DNA of 64,000 nt from Candidatus Scatovivens sp. (GTDB lineage Bacteria > Bacillota > Clostridia > TANB77 > CAG-508): assembly GCA_045646345.1 (NCBI GenBank), contig JAZRKN010000009.1, forward strand, positions 25,355-89,354, given 5' to 3'. Positions 9,501 to 19,584 of this stretch are shown piece by piece; position 1 is the first letter of the stretch; each line of letters begins with the position of its first letter. The position numbers were made by a program, and so were the translations under genes. Under the pieces are notes generated by a model. That model saw only the letters and a list, made by a program, of their open reading frames with translations. It did no database searches and was not told the DNA's origin.

Positions 9501-11636
9501 ATGTCTACAGAAGATTTTGTTTCAGAAGGTGATAATTCAAATGAAATAGAAAATGAAATAGAAGAAAATGTTAGAAATGTATTTTTAGAAAGCTTAGCAT
9601 TTATTCCAGAATTAGTTACAGAAAATGGTGTAGCAAATTTTAAAACAGAGATTAGTGATAATATAACAACTTGGAATATTCAAACAATAGGAAATACAAA
9701 AGAAGGAAATGTAGGATTTGGTTCAGGAAGTTTTAAAGTATTTAAAGAATTTTTTGTAGAATATACTCTTCCGGCAAATTCGGTTGTTACAGATAAAGTA
9801 AGTATTCCAGTAACACTACATAATTATACAGAAAAAAATCTAATAATTGATTTATTAGTAAAAGAAAATGATTGGGCGATTATTGGTGATTATGAAAAAC
9901 AAAATGTAGTTGAAGCTAAATCAACAAAAATGATATATGTACCAATTGAAATTTTAAAAGATGGAAACAATACATTAAGAATAGAAGCGAATTCAGGAAA
10001 AAAATCAGATATAGTTGAAAAAACGTTAGTTGTTAAACCTAATGGTTTAGAAAAAAATGTAGTAGTTTCAAGCGGAATGATTGAAAATAAATATTCTCAA
10101 GATATCATATTTAATGAAAAAGCGATTGAAAAAACTGAAAAAATAAAAGTAAAATTATATGCATCGCCAGTTGTTCAAGCGATAGAAAATATAGATGCTA
10201 TGTTAAGAATGCCAACAGGATGTTTTGAACAAACTTCTTCTTCGTTATATCCAGATATTTTAGTTTTGAAATATTTAAGAGAACATGATTTAAGTAATAA
10301 AGAATTAGAAGAAAAAGCGTTAAATTATATATCTAAGGGATATCAAAAGTTATTAACTTATGAAGTAAAAACTAAAAAAGGTGGATATTCATTGTATGGA
10401 TATGCACCAGCAGAACCTGTAATAACAGCCTTTGGGTTAATGGAATTTAATGAACTTTCAGAAGTTTATGAAGTTGAAGAAAAAGTTATTGATAATATGG
10501 TTGAGTATTTATTTGATGTTCAAAATGTAAATGGAAGTTTTGATTATAATACTGTTTATATTGGTGGAACTGCTAGTAGAGATGATTTAGCAATGAATGC
10601 ATATATTATTTGGGCTTTATCAGAGGTTGTTCCAAATGATAAGAGATTAGAAAAATCAATAAGTTATTTAGAAAATAAATTAGATAAAATTAAAGATAAC
10701 TATACATTAGCATTAATTGCAAATATTTTTGCTAATACTGATAATAAGAATTCAGCAAATGAAGTTTTAAAAATGATAAATCAAAATATTAAAGTAACAG
10801 AAAATGGTGCTTATATTGCTTCAAATATTTCGGATTATTATGGAACAAGAGGTAATCATCAAAATAACCAAGCGACAGCACTAACATCAATGGCTTTGAC
10901 TAAACTAAATTCAAATCAAAAAAATAATGAAGAATTTGTAAAATTCTTAGTAAGTCAAAAAGATAAATATGGAAGTTGGGGAACAACACAAGCAACAGTA
11001 CTTGCATTAAAAGCAATTAATAGCTTTACTCAAAATTCTGATATTAAAGATCAAACAATAACTATAAAATTAAATGATAAAGAAGAAAAAATAGAAATAA
11101 AAGAAAATGCTTTAGATGTTTATGAAGTAGAGTTTGATAATGTATCAAAAGAAAATAGATTATTAATTGATATGAAAAAAGGTAAAATAACATATGAAGT
11201 AATTAAAAATTATTATCAAAGTTATGCAGAAATAGATGATGATTTACAAAATGAGAATAAATTAAGTGTAGTACAGAACTTAAGTAGTGTAGCAAAAGTA
11301 AACGATATAATTACTCAAAACATATCAATAAAAAATAATAAAACATATATTGAAAATGGATTGATAGAAATTAATATACCACAAGGAACTACTCCGGTAG
11401 AAGCTTCATTAATGAATTTGAAATATAATGGAATAATTGAAAAATATGAATATAATTATAATAAAATTAATCTTTATATAAGGGGATTTGAACCTGGAGA
11501 AGAAGTATTATTGGATATTCAATATAGAGCATTATATCCAGAAAATATTACTGGTGGAGCAATAAGATTTTTTGATTATTATAATCCAGAAATTGAAGAA
11601 ATTTGTTACCCAAAAGTTCTTATAGTAGAAGAATAA
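6579..11636 (+). CDS. Alpha-2-macroglobulin family thioester protein with an internal polytopic membrane segment
   Basis: GGAGG RBS; N-terminal TM; MG-domain motifs DKGIYKPGD and YKPGD; thioester motif PTGCFEQT (CFEQ 10221-10232); WGTTQATVLAL; C-terminal FDYYNPE. Confidence 0.9.
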   Translation: MTRKKVGKFLLYIIIAMLIISSCYCFWSYFSKGKQKITVKTSNNCYSGESINATIAVMNVKTNKAIDAKITATLYDSDDKKVKDVVTKMEIEKGEAGELALNVPEDLKSGKYTLKIKSNSGFYSDTAEIPINVKNDKKSNVIISFDKGIYKPGDEINYRILMLSKRDETPLSQNIKVSIYDGNDNRVYIEEAVTSEYGIISGKFKLADEVNSGTYKLKVESDRQEVTKTFNVNPYIIPTFEVEVSSDKDNYIVGDVAKIKVDAKYFFGEPVKKAEIKGTVDGKEVVGLTDENGSFTYEYKFGKASKIVADFTVVDSSNYLIEASKILCCGTALYEVEVIPEYSDIAYGFDNDIYVITKKIDGTPVKTYSTLKIGKISKQVISDENGIGKVTITSSETEELPKKEMLSVKVESEDMESNKVTKTHQLLIHDAFPNLIKTNKTKYNAGEDIEIKLNSKVNTNTKNIYVFKSNELIKTIVTDDDNVKINLGDVSGLVDLYIPNQKNMSTIYNYYDDFYETYKVNIDYSKKTIFIKPEKELNILVEPVKDEYKPGDTLDVKFTTTNEQNELVNSALLVSILDEAILALADNDLSIDNIKLALEDIVLEPGMTAADLYVMALDESSDLAFNSVLLKQKVTNPDIYTKNYRNYETEIYLMFGIIAIIVAAILIALSYIAKNKEKVAKVIIPVIDVLAIFILMYIYAEEVFGLIDNLFMVFATFILSIIAYLLFLYKERDFIFKLVSEMIVIPIVSIIGIFLISILVSLVFDIYIPKIFALVLGVVVLLILLEFAILKSLQRKRGLNKVLTKIFEFSKLISRAVVFWFLTIVLTEITEFGLLIVLALYYLYRKFILKEAKTKVEDGKIVLNLNVSELVGMLIGMLLIIIVIVIVISSNLNDYRVMNDSVTSDVTAPSLPMKDSTTNSSTVTLDFSQVTEDMIISGASDATGAGSSINNSFGSMFDFDLNIMQDSKAESSVEMSTEDFVSEGDNSNEIENEIEENVRNVFLESLAFIPELVTENGVANFKTEISDNITTWNIQTIGNTKEGNVGFGSGSFKVFKEFFVEYTLPANSVVTDKVSIPVTLHNYTEKNLIIDLLVKENDWAIIGDYEKQNVVEAKSTKMIYVPIEILKDGNNTLRIEANSGKKSDIVEKTLVVKPNGLEKNVVVSSGMIENKYSQDIIFNEKAIEKTEKIKVKLYASPVVQAIENIDAMLRMPTGCFEQTSSSLYPDILVLKYLREHDLSNKELEEKALNYISKGYQKLLTYEVKTKKGGYSLYGYAPAEPVITAFGLMEFNELSEVYEVEEKVIDNMVEYLFDVQNVNGSFDYNTVYIGGTASRDDLAMNAYIIWALSEVVPNDKRLEKSISYLENKLDKIKDNYTLALIANIFANTDNKNSANEVLKMINQNIKVTENGAYIASNISDYYGTRGNHQNNQATALTSMALTKLNSNQKNNEEFVKFLVSQKDKYGSWGTTQATVLALKAINSFTQNSDIKDQTITIKLNDKEEKIEIKENALDVYEVEFDNVSKENRLLIDMKKGKITYEVIKNYYQSYAEIDDDLQNENKLSVVQNLSSVAKVNDIITQNISIKNNKTYIENGLIEINIPQGTTPVEASLMNLKYNGIIEKYEYNYNKINLYIRGFEPGEEVLLDIQYRALYPENITGGAIRFFDYYNPEIEEICYPKVLIVEE

Positions 11637-11648
11637 GTATGTAAAACT

Positions 11649-11681
11649 GAAGGAGTCATAAATAAAAGACTCCTTCTTTTT
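11649..11681 (+). terminator. Intrinsic terminator
   Basis: gaaggagtc...gactccttc followed by a T run. Confidence 0.8.
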
Positions 11682-11761
11682 ATGGTTATGATTTTTGGGA
11701 GAAAAAATTAAATCTAATTATGAAAAAAGATTTGATAATGTAACAAAATTGTAAAAAGTAC

Positions 11762-11790
11762 TTGAAAAGTTCGATAAAATATTATAGAAT
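11762..11790 (+). promoter_or_regulatory. Sigma-A promoter of the gap operon
   Basis: TTGAAA-N17-TAGAAT. Confidence 0.7.
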
Positions 11791-11867
11791 GTCTTTGGTC
11801 AAAAGTAGGCCAAAATAAAAGAGATACTAAAAGACATTTAAGTATCAGAAGTGGAGGAATTTATATT

Positions 11868-12887
11868 ATGTCAGTAAAAGTAGCTATAAATGGTTTTGGA
11901 CGTATTGGACGTCTAGCATTTAGACAAATGTTTGGAGCAGAAGGGTATGAAATCGTTGCAATTAACGATTTAACAAGTCCTGTTATGTTAGCTCACCTTT
12001 TAAAATATGATTCTGCACAAAAAAGATATGATAAAGCAGATACAGTAGTAGCTGGAGAAGGATCTATTACAGTAGATGGAAAAACAATCAAAATTTATGC
12101 AGAAAAAGATGCGGCTAATTTACCTTGGGGAGAAATAGGAGTTGATGTTGTTTTAGAATGTACAGGATTCTATACATCTAAAGAAAAAGCAGCAGCTCAT
12201 ATTACAGCAGGAGCTAAAAAAGTAGTTATTTCTGCACCAGCTGGAAAAGACTTACCAACAATCGTTTATGGAGTAAACGAAGGAACATTAACAGCAGAGG
12301 ATAATATTATTTCTGCAGCATCTTGTACAACAAACTGTTTAGCACCTATGGCTAAAGCATTAAATGATTATGCACCAATCCAATCAGGAATTATGACAAC
12401 AGTTCATGCTTATACAGGAGATCAAATGGTACTTGATGGACCACATAGAAAAGAAGATTTAAGAAGAGCTAGAGCAGCAGCAGTAAATATCGTTCCTAAC
12501 TCAACAGGAGCAGCAAAAGCTATCGGATTAGTTATTCCAGAATTAAATGGAAAATTAATCGGATCTGCACAAAGAGTTCCAGTTCCAACAGGATCTTCAA
12601 CAATATTAGTAGCAACAGTTAGATCAAATGAAGAAGTTACAGCTGATTCTATCAATGCAGCTATGAAAGCAGCTTCAAATGCATCTTTCGGTTATACAGA
12701 AGAACCATTAGTTTCTTCAGATATTATCGGTATTACACACGGTTCTTTATTTGATGCAACACAAACAATGGTTGCTAAAGTAGAAGAAGGATTATACCAA
12801 GTACAAGTTGTATCATGGTATGATAACGAAAATTCTTACACAAGCCAAATGGTAAGAACAATAAAATATTTTGCTGAATTAGGATAA
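11868..12887 (+). CDS. gap: Glyceraldehyde-3-phosphate dehydrogenase (type I)
   Basis: [25 protein letters not shown]. Confidence 0.98.
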   Translation: MSVKVAINGFGRIGRLAFRQMFGAEGYEIVAINDLTSPVMLAHLLKYDSAQKRYDKADTVVAGEGSITVDGKTIKIYAEKDAANLPWGEIGVDVVLECTGFYTSKEKAAAHITAGAKKVVISAPAGKDLPTIVYGVNEGTLTAEDNIISAASCTTNCLAPMAKALNDYAPIQSGIMTTVHAYTGDQMVLDGPHRKEDLRRARAAAVNIVPNSTGAAKAIGLVIPELNGKLIGSAQRVPVPTGSSTILVATVRSNEEVTADSINAAMKAASNASFGYTEEPLVSSDIIGITHGSLFDATQTMVAKVEEGLYQVQVVSWYDNENSYTSQMVRTIKYFAELG

Positions 12888-12931
12888 TAATTGTATAAAA
12901 GATAGCAATTATGTTTAATATATGAGCAATA

Positions 12932-12974
12932 AAGAGCTAGTGGTGGAGGTCGGACCTTTATTGCTAGCTCTTTT
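12932..12974 (+). terminator. Intergenic hairpin/terminator after gap
   Basis: aaagagctagt...gctagctctttt. Confidence 0.7.
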
Positions 12975-13014
12975 GTATTAAAATAAAACTTATTTTTAAG
13001 AAAGGAAAATAAAA

Positions 13015-14199
13015 ATGAATAAGAAAACAGTAAGAGATATTGATTTAAAAGGAAAAAAAGTATTAGTTAGATGTGACTTTAACGTACCATACAATGATGA
13101 AAGAGTTATTACAGATAACAGAAGAATAGTAGCAGCTTTACCTACAATTAAATATTTATTAGAAAATAATTGTAAAGTAATATTATGTTCTCACTTAGGA
13201 AGACCAAAGGGACAAGTTAAACCAGAGTTTTCTCTAGATATAGTAGCTGCTGAATTATCAAGACTATTAGGGTTAGAAGTAAAATTAGCTAAAGATGTAG
13301 TTGGAGAAGATGCAAAAGCTTTAGCTGCTGATTTACAAGAAGGAGAAGTTATGCTTCTTGAAAACGTAAGATATGAAGCTGGAGAAGAAAAAAATGATGA
13401 AGAATTATCAAAAGCATTTGCTTCTTTAGCAGAAGTTTTTGTAAATGATGCATTTGGAACAGCTCATAGAGCACACAGTTCAACAACAGGTGTTGCAAGT
13501 TATTTACCAGCAGTTTCTGGATTCTTAATTGAAAAAGAATTAAATTTCTTAGGAACAGCTTTAGAAAATCCTGAAAGACCATTCATGGCTATTTTAGGTG
13601 GTAAAAAAGTTTCTGATAAAATTGGTGTTATAGAAGCATTAATTGAAAAAGTTGATGTATTAATGATTGGTGGAGCTATGGCATACACATTCTTTAAATC
13701 AATGGGTTATAGTGTTGGAAATTCAATTTGTGAAGAAGATAAATTAGATTTAGCAAAAGAATTAATGGCAAAAGCTGAAGCTAAAGGTGTTAAATTAATG
13801 TTACCAGTTGATACAAAAGTTGGTAAAGAATTTGATGCTAATACAGAAAGCAAAACAGTTAAATATACAGAAATTCCTGATGGATGGGAAGGATTTGATA
13901 TTGGTCAAGAAACAATTGAACTATATGCAAATGAACTAAAAAATGCAAAAACAGTTATCTGGAACGGACCGGTTGGATTATTCGAATTTGATCAATTTGC
14001 TATTGGAACAAATAGTATTGCAAAAACATTAGCTGATATTGATGCAGTTAAAATAATCGGTGGTGGTGATTCTGCAGCTGCTGTTGAAAAAGCAGGATTA
14101 GCTGAAAAATTTACACACATCTCTACAGGTGGTGGAGCTTCACTTGAATTTTTAGAAGGTAAAAAATTACCAGGAATTGAAGCTTTACAAGATAAATAA
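13015..14199 (+). CDS. pgk: Phosphoglycerate kinase
   Basis: [42 protein letters not shown]. Confidence 0.98.
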   Translation: MNKKTVRDIDLKGKKVLVRCDFNVPYNDERVITDNRRIVAALPTIKYLLENNCKVILCSHLGRPKGQVKPEFSLDIVAAELSRLLGLEVKLAKDVVGEDAKALAADLQEGEVMLLENVRYEAGEEKNDEELSKAFASLAEVFVNDAFGTAHRAHSSTTGVASYLPAVSGFLIEKELNFLGTALENPERPFMAILGGKKVSDKIGVIEALIEKVDVLMIGGAMAYTFFKSMGYSVGNSICEEDKLDLAKELMAKAEAKGVKLMLPVDTKVGKEFDANTESKTVKYTEIPDGWEGFDIGQETIELYANELKNAKTVIWNGPVGLFEFDQFAIGTNSIAKTLADIDAVKIIGGGDSAAAVEKAGLAEKFTHISTGGGASLEFLEGKKLPGIEALQDK

Positions 14200-14213
14200 A
14201 TTTCAGAAAAGTA

Positions 14214-14241
14214 AAAGTGGGAAATATAAATCTCCCACTTT
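14214..14241 (+). terminator. Intergenic hairpin after pgk
   Basis: aaagtggga...tcccacttt. Confidence 0.55.
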
Positions 14242-14284
14242 GAATATATTTTTATAAGATTAAAAAATCTAGAAGGAGATTTTT

Positions 14285-15037
14285 ATGAGAAGAAAAGTTA
14301 TTGCAGGAAACTGGAAAATGAACATGCTTCCAAATGAAGCAATTGATTATATTCAAGCATTTGAACCATTAGTTAAAGATGCTGAAGCAGAAGTTATTTT
14401 ATGTGTTCCATATACAGATTTATTTTATTGTTTAATGAACGCACAAGGAACAAATATTAAAATAGGTGCTCAAAACATGCACTTCGCTGAAACAGGAGCA
14501 TATACTGGAGAAGTTTCAGCTAAAATGTTAAAATCAATTGGAGTTGAATATGTAATCATAGGACACTCTGAAAGAAGACAATATTATAATGAAACTGATG
14601 AAACAGTAAATAAAAAATTAAAAGCTGCTTTTGAAAATGAATTAAAACCAATTGTTTGTGTTGGAGAAAGTTTAGAAGAAAGAGAAGCTGGAAAAACAGA
14701 AGAAATTATTACTTCTCAAACAAGACTTGCTTTAGAAGGATTAACAAATGATCAAGTTAAAGCAACAATTATAGCTTATGAACCAATCTGGGCTATTGGA
14801 ACAGGAAAAACAGCAACTTCAGAAGATGCTAATAATTCAATAAAAGCAATAAGAGCTGAAGTAAAAAGAATTTACGGAGAAGAAGTAGCTGAAGAAGTTA
14901 TTATTCAATATGGTGGAAGTGTTAAATCTTCAAATGCAAAAGAATTATTCTCAACATCAGATATTGATGGAGGATTAGTTGGTGGAGCAAGTTTAAAACC
15001 AGATGAATTCAGTAAAATAGTAAATTATAATAAATAA
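14285..15037 (+). CDS. tpiA: Triosephosphate isomerase
   Basis: AGNWKMN, GHSERR, AYEPIWAIGTG, YGGSV. Confidence 0.98.
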   Translation: MRRKVIAGNWKMNMLPNEAIDYIQAFEPLVKDAEAEVILCVPYTDLFYCLMNAQGTNIKIGAQNMHFAETGAYTGEVSAKMLKSIGVEYVIIGHSERRQYYNETDETVNKKLKAAFENELKPIVCVGESLEEREAGKTEEIITSQTRLALEGLTNDQVKATIIAYEPIWAIGTGKTATSEDANNSIKAIRAEVKRIYGEEVAEEVIIQYGGSVKSSNAKELFSTSDIDGGLVGGASLKPDEFSKIVNYNK

Positions 15038-15124
15038 ATTATGCAAAATTAAAATATGGAATAGCAATATCATATTGCTATTCTATATGAACTTTTTTAG
15101 GAGAAATGAGGACGAAATAATATT

Positions 15125-16657
15125 ATGGGAAAACTTACAATGTTAATGATACTAGATGGTTTTGGTGTCAATGAAAAAGAAGAAGGAAATGGAGTAAAAC
15201 AAGCTAATATCCCACATTTAAATGAAATATTTACAAAAAATCCAAATACAATAATTCATACAAGTGGATTAGAAGTTGGATTACCAGAAGGCCAAATGGG
15301 AAATTCAGAAGTTGGTCATACAAATATAGGTGCAGGAAGAATTGTATATCAAGATTTAGCTAAAATAACAAAAGCTATTGAAGATGGAGATTTCTTTAGT
15401 AGACCAGAATTTGTAAAAGCAATTGAAAATTGTAGAGCTAATAATTCAAAATTACATTTAATGGGATTATTATCTGATGGTGGTGTACATAGCCATAATC
15501 GTCATTTATATGGACTTTTAGAATTAGCTAAAAGAAAAGATTTTGAAAATGTATATGTACATTGTTTTATGGATGGAAGAGATACTCCACCAGCTTCAGG
15601 AGAAGGTTACATTGCAGAATTAGAAGAAAAAATGAAAGAAAAAGGTGTAGGTCAAATTGCAACTATTTCTGGAAGATTCTATGCAATGGATAGAGATAAA
15701 AGATGGGAAAGAGTTCATGAAGCTTATAATGCAATGGTAAATGGTATAGGAGAAAAAGCTAATTCAGCTGTTTCTGCTATTGAAGAATCATATCAAAAAG
15801 AAGTTTTTGATGAATTTGTTAAACCAACAGTTATAACAAATAAAAACGGAGAACCAATTGCAAAAATTGAAGATGGAGATTCTGTAATATTCTTTAATTT
15901 CAGACCAGATAGAGCTAGAGAAATAACAAGAACAATTGTTGATAAAGAGTTTGACTGTTTTGAAGTGAAAAATATTAATACATATTTTGTTTGTATGACT
16001 CCTTATGATGAAACAATGCCAAACGTAGATGTTGCTTATAGAAAAGAAGAAATTAGAAATACTTTTGGAGAATATATTAGTAGAAGAGGATTAAAACAAT
16101 TAAGAATTGCAGAAACAGAAAAATATGCACACGTAACATTCTTCTTTAATGGTGGAGAAGAAAAACAATATGAAGGTGAAGATAGAATTTTAGTGCCATC
16201 ACCTAAAGTTGAAACATATGATTTAAAACCTGAGATGAGTGCTTGCGAAGTTTGTGAAAAAGTTGTTGAAGCAATAAAATCAGAAAAATATGATTCTATT
16301 ATATTAAACTTTGCTAACCCTGATATGGTTGGACATACAGGAAATATTGATGCTGTAATTAAAGCTTTAGAAACAATTGATGAATGTGTTCAAAATGTTG
16401 TTGATGCTGTAAAAGAAGTAAATGGTACTTTATTAATAACAGCAGATCATGGAAATTGCGAGCAAATGATTGATTATAAAACTGGAGAACCACAAACAGC
16501 TCATACAACAAACCCAGTTCCGCTTGTAATTGTTGGATTACCAAGTAATAAAAAAATTAAAGAAGGTCGTTTAGCAGACTTAGCTCCAACAATGTTGGAT
16601 ATCATGGGATTAGAAAAACCAGATGAAATGACAGGAGAAAGTTTAATTCAAAACTAA
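15125..16657 (+). CDS. gpmI: 2,3-bisphosphoglycerate-independent phosphoglycerate mutase
   Basis: ILDGFG, GQMGNSEVGH, NPDMVGHTG, TADHGN. Confidence 0.97.
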   Translation: MGKLTMLMILDGFGVNEKEEGNGVKQANIPHLNEIFTKNPNTIIHTSGLEVGLPEGQMGNSEVGHTNIGAGRIVYQDLAKITKAIEDGDFFSRPEFVKAIENCRANNSKLHLMGLLSDGGVHSHNRHLYGLLELAKRKDFENVYVHCFMDGRDTPPASGEGYIAELEEKMKEKGVGQIATISGRFYAMDRDKRWERVHEAYNAMVNGIGEKANSAVSAIEESYQKEVFDEFVKPTVITNKNGEPIAKIEDGDSVIFFNFRPDRAREITRTIVDKEFDCFEVKNINTYFVCMTPYDETMPNVDVAYRKEEIRNTFGEYISRRGLKQLRIAETEKYAHVTFFFNGGEEKQYEGEDRILVPSPKVETYDLKPEMSACEVCEKVVEAIKSEKYDSIILNFANPDMVGHTGNIDAVIKALETIDECVQNVVDAVKEVNGTLLITADHGNCEQMIDYKTGEPQTAHTTNPVPLVIVGLPSNKKIKEGRLADLAPTMLDIMGLEKPDEMTGESLIQN

Positions 16658-16673
16658 CTTTTAGGAGAAATTT

Positions 16674-17411
16674 ATGATAAGTTTACCAGAAGAAAAAATT
16701 TTGTATTCAGAAATACAAAAAAAGTTGTTTTATATAATACCTGAGAAATGGGAAAGTATATATTTATATGCTTCTGTAATTGATATGCCAAATCAAAAAC
16801 CTGTTGGAGAAATGTATTTTTACTACTTACCAAAAGGTATAATAAAAAAGAAATTTGTTAATGGCTATGAGATTCCATCAATTTTTAATATTGATGAAGA
16901 ACAATATTCTAAATTAATTACAGATGTTTATAATTTAATAAAATTATTACGTGAACGTGCTGTAGAAACAAAAAGAAAAGTTTGGAGTAATATAAATATC
17001 ACAATTGAGAATTTTAAATTTAAAATAGAGTTTGATTACGAAGATTTAAAAAAATCTGAATTTGATTCTTATGAACGTCATGTAATATGGAGATATAATT
17101 ATTTAAAAGAGGATTCGGAAGTTTTAAGTAGAAAAGATAGAAAGATAATTGATAAATATTTAAAATATACAGAAACAAGAATCCCGTTAAAGAAAGATTC
17201 TTATATTGAAGGAATATATAAACAACCTGTTAAAAATATTATAGATTTTGAAAAGACTTTAACAGTTGAAGAAGCTATAGCTCAATCTAATGAACCGAAA
17301 GAGAAAAAGAAAAAAAGAATTTTTGGTAACAAGAATAAAATAGATGATGTTATTGACGAGGATGATGAAAATCAAACATATAATAATCAGATATTAAATT
17401 GGAAAAAATAA
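16674..17411 (+). CDS. DUF600/YezG-like immunity family protein
   Basis: The LYSEI...IPEKWESIYLYA...EMYFYY and FKIEFDYEDL pattern resembles DUF600 antitoxins. Confidence 0.6.
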   Translation: MISLPEEKILYSEIQKKLFYIIPEKWESIYLYASVIDMPNQKPVGEMYFYYLPKGIIKKKFVNGYEIPSIFNIDEEQYSKLITDVYNLIKLLRERAVETKRKVWSNINITIENFKFKIEFDYEDLKKSEFDSYERHVIWRYNYLKEDSEVLSRKDRKIIDKYLKYTETRIPLKKDSYIEGIYKQPVKNIIDFEKTLTVEEAIAQSNEPKEKKKKRIFGNKNKIDDVIDEDDENQTYNNQILNWKK

Positions 17412-17416
17412 AGTTT

Positions 17417-17448
17417 AAAGAGTACTTAGAAATAAGTACTCTTTTTTT
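17417..17448 (+). terminator. Intrinsic terminator
   Basis: aaagagtactta-gaaa-taagtactcttttttt. Confidence 0.85.
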
Positions 17449-17509
17449 GTTCTAAATAAAAAAATGTTGAATATATATTATTATATTAAAATGTGAAAGG
17501 TTATATTAT

Positions 17510-18508
17510 ATGGATCGAATTTTAAAATATTTTCCTATAAATATAAAAGTGATTTTAGAAAAAGAAATTGGAGAGAAAAAGAACAGTTTAGAAGAAATTA
17601 GAATAAGAGTACAAAAACCAATTATTTTAAAATTTAATTCTGGTGAAAAAATTGTAAGATATTTTATAACTCAAGAAGAAATTTTAAATATATTGCAATA
17701 TGTTTGCGAAAATTCAATATATAGTTATCAAAAACAAATTTCTGAAGGATTTGTAACTGTTACTGGTGGACATAGAGTGGGAATATCGGGCTCTTGTGTG
17801 ATGGAAAATGGTAAAGTTATAAATATTAATTATATAAATGGCTTAAATTTTAGAATAGCGAGACAAGTTATAGGTGCTAGTGAAAAAATATTAGAAAGTA
17901 TATTAGACGTTGATAAAAATTCTATTCGAAATACATTAATAGTGTCTCCTCCAGGATGTGGTAAAACTACTATTTTAAAGGATTTAGTAAAACAAATATC
18001 AAGTGGAATAAGGCAAAAAAAGTTTAAAGGAATTGATGTTGGAGTTGTTGATGAAAGAGGAGAAATTGCAGCACTATATAAAGGAGTTCCTCAAAATGAA
18101 ATTGGAATAAAAACAGATGTAATGTCTAATGTTACTAAAAGTATTGGATTAAAAATGTTAATAAGAAGTATGGCACCACAAATTGTTGTTGCAGATGAAA
18201 TTGGAACGAAAGAAGATGTTGATATTATAAATTATGCGATGTGTTCAGGATGTAAAGGGATATTTACGGCTCATGGTTCAAATTTTGATGAGTTGTATTT
18301 GAATCCTATAATAAAAGAATTAATAAATAATCACATATTCGAACTGATTGTTTTTTTAGATGAAAAAATCAAAGGAGAAATAAAAGAATTATATATTCTT
18401 GATAAGAAAATGACACAGTATAAAAAAGAAGAAAAAAGAAAAATTAAAGATAATGTAGGGTTAGATTTTTTATTAGGTGAAAATGATGGAATTGATAAAA
18501 TGTTTTAA
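17510..18508 (+). CDS. spoIIIAA: Stage III sporulation protein AA (ATPase)
   Basis: EEIRIR, GHRVGISG, Walker A SPPGCGKTT, VDERGEIA, DEIG. Confidence 0.95.
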   Translation: MDRILKYFPINIKVILEKEIGEKKNSLEEIRIRVQKPIILKFNSGEKIVRYFITQEEILNILQYVCENSIYSYQKQISEGFVTVTGGHRVGISGSCVMENGKVININYINGLNFRIARQVIGASEKILESILDVDKNSIRNTLIVSPPGCGKTTILKDLVKQISSGIRQKKFKGIDVGVVDERGEIAALYKGVPQNEIGIKTDVMSNVTKSIGLKMLIRSMAPQIVVADEIGTKEDVDIINYAMCSGCKGIFTAHGSNFDELYLNPIIKELINNHIFELIVFLDEKIKGEIKELYILDKKMTQYKKEEKRKIKDNVGLDFLLGENDGIDKMF

Positions 18509-18989
18509 TTTGATAGGAATATTTTGTTTATGTTCTTATATTGGTGTAATTAAAGCTCAAAAATATGAAATAAGAGTTATAGAATTAAATAGATTTAAAA
18601 ATGCACTTTATGTGTTTAAATCAAAAATAGAATTTACTTATGAACCTATCAAAAATATCTTTGAAGAAATATCAAAAATAATATATAAAGAAGAAAAAAA
18701 TATTTTTAAAGAAGCTATAAAATGTGAAGAAAAAATAAATGAAAATTGGGAATTGGCAGCAGAAGAATTAAATGACAAATTAGATAAAGAAGATATATAT
18801 GCAATTAAAACATTAGGAAAATTATTGGGAAAAACAGATGTAAAAGGACAAGTTAGTGAGATTTTGTTAGTAGAAAGTTTGATTGAAAAACAAATTAGTA
18901 AAGCTGAATGTGAAAAACAAAAAAATTCAAAATTATGTAAAAATATGGGGATTATTATAGGATTAGGAATTTGTATAATGTTTGTTTAG
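18486..18989 (+). CDS. spoIIIAB: Stage III sporulation protein AB (start uncertain, 18477-18486)
   Basis: Operon position, N- and C-terminal TMs, LGKTDVKGQ motif. Confidence 0.88.
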   Translation: MELIKCFNLIGIFCLCSYIGVIKAQKYEIRVIELNRFKNALYVFKSKIEFTYEPIKNIFEEISKIIYKEEKNIFKEAIKCEEKINENWELAAEELNDKLDKEDIYAIKTLGKLLGKTDVKGQVSEILLVESLIEKQISKAECEKQKNSKLCKNMGIIIGLGICIMFV

Positions 18990-18998
18990 GAGTTTTTT

Positions 18999-19193
18999 AT
19001 GAATATAGAGTTATTATTTAAGATTGCTGGAATTGGAATATTAGTTGCTGTTCTTCATCAAGTATTATCGAAAGCTGGAAGAGAAGATCAAGCGATGATG
19101 ACAACTTTGGCTGGAATCGTTATTGTATTAACTGTTGTTGTTAAAGAAATTAGTACCTTATTTGAAACAGTAAGGACGGTGTTTAATTTATAA
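18999..19193 (+). CDS. spoIIIAC: Stage III sporulation protein AC
   Basis: LFKIAGIGILVAVLHQVL..AGREDQA. Confidence 0.95.
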   Translation: MNIELLFKIAGIGILVAVLHQVLSKAGREDQAMMTTLAGIVIVLTVVVKEISTLFETVRTVFNL

Positions 19194-19573
19194 TGGACAT
19201 CTTAAAAATAATTGGAATTGGTTTTTGTAGTTTGATTATATCTATAATTTTAAAAGAATATAAAAAAGAATATGCGGTTTATAGTATGCTAATAGGCGGA
19301 GCGATAATAATTTTTTTTTCTTTGGAAACAATAAATATTATTATAAATTTTATAAGGCATTTTTCTAAAAATTATAATAACGGATTTATTGAAATTTTAT
19401 TAAAAATTACAGGAATATCGATACTTGCAGAATATGCAACATCTATATGTAAGGATTCGGGAGAGGTTTCGATAGCTAATAAGATTGATTTTGCATCTAA
19501 GATTATTGTTGTTTCAATGTCAATTCCAATAATATCAAGTACATTGTCTTTATTACTCAAATTATTACCATAG
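19193..19573 (+). CDS. spoIIIAD: Stage III sporulation protein AD
   Basis: LLKITGISILAEYATSICKDSGE..IANKID. Confidence 0.93.
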   Translation: MDILKIIGIGFCSLIISIILKEYKKEYAVYSMLIGGAIIIFFSLETINIIINFIRHFSKNYNNGFIEILLKITGISILAEYATSICKDSGEVSIANKIDFASKIIVVSMSIPIISSTLSLLLKLLP

Positions 19574-19584
19574 GAGTAGTTTTT

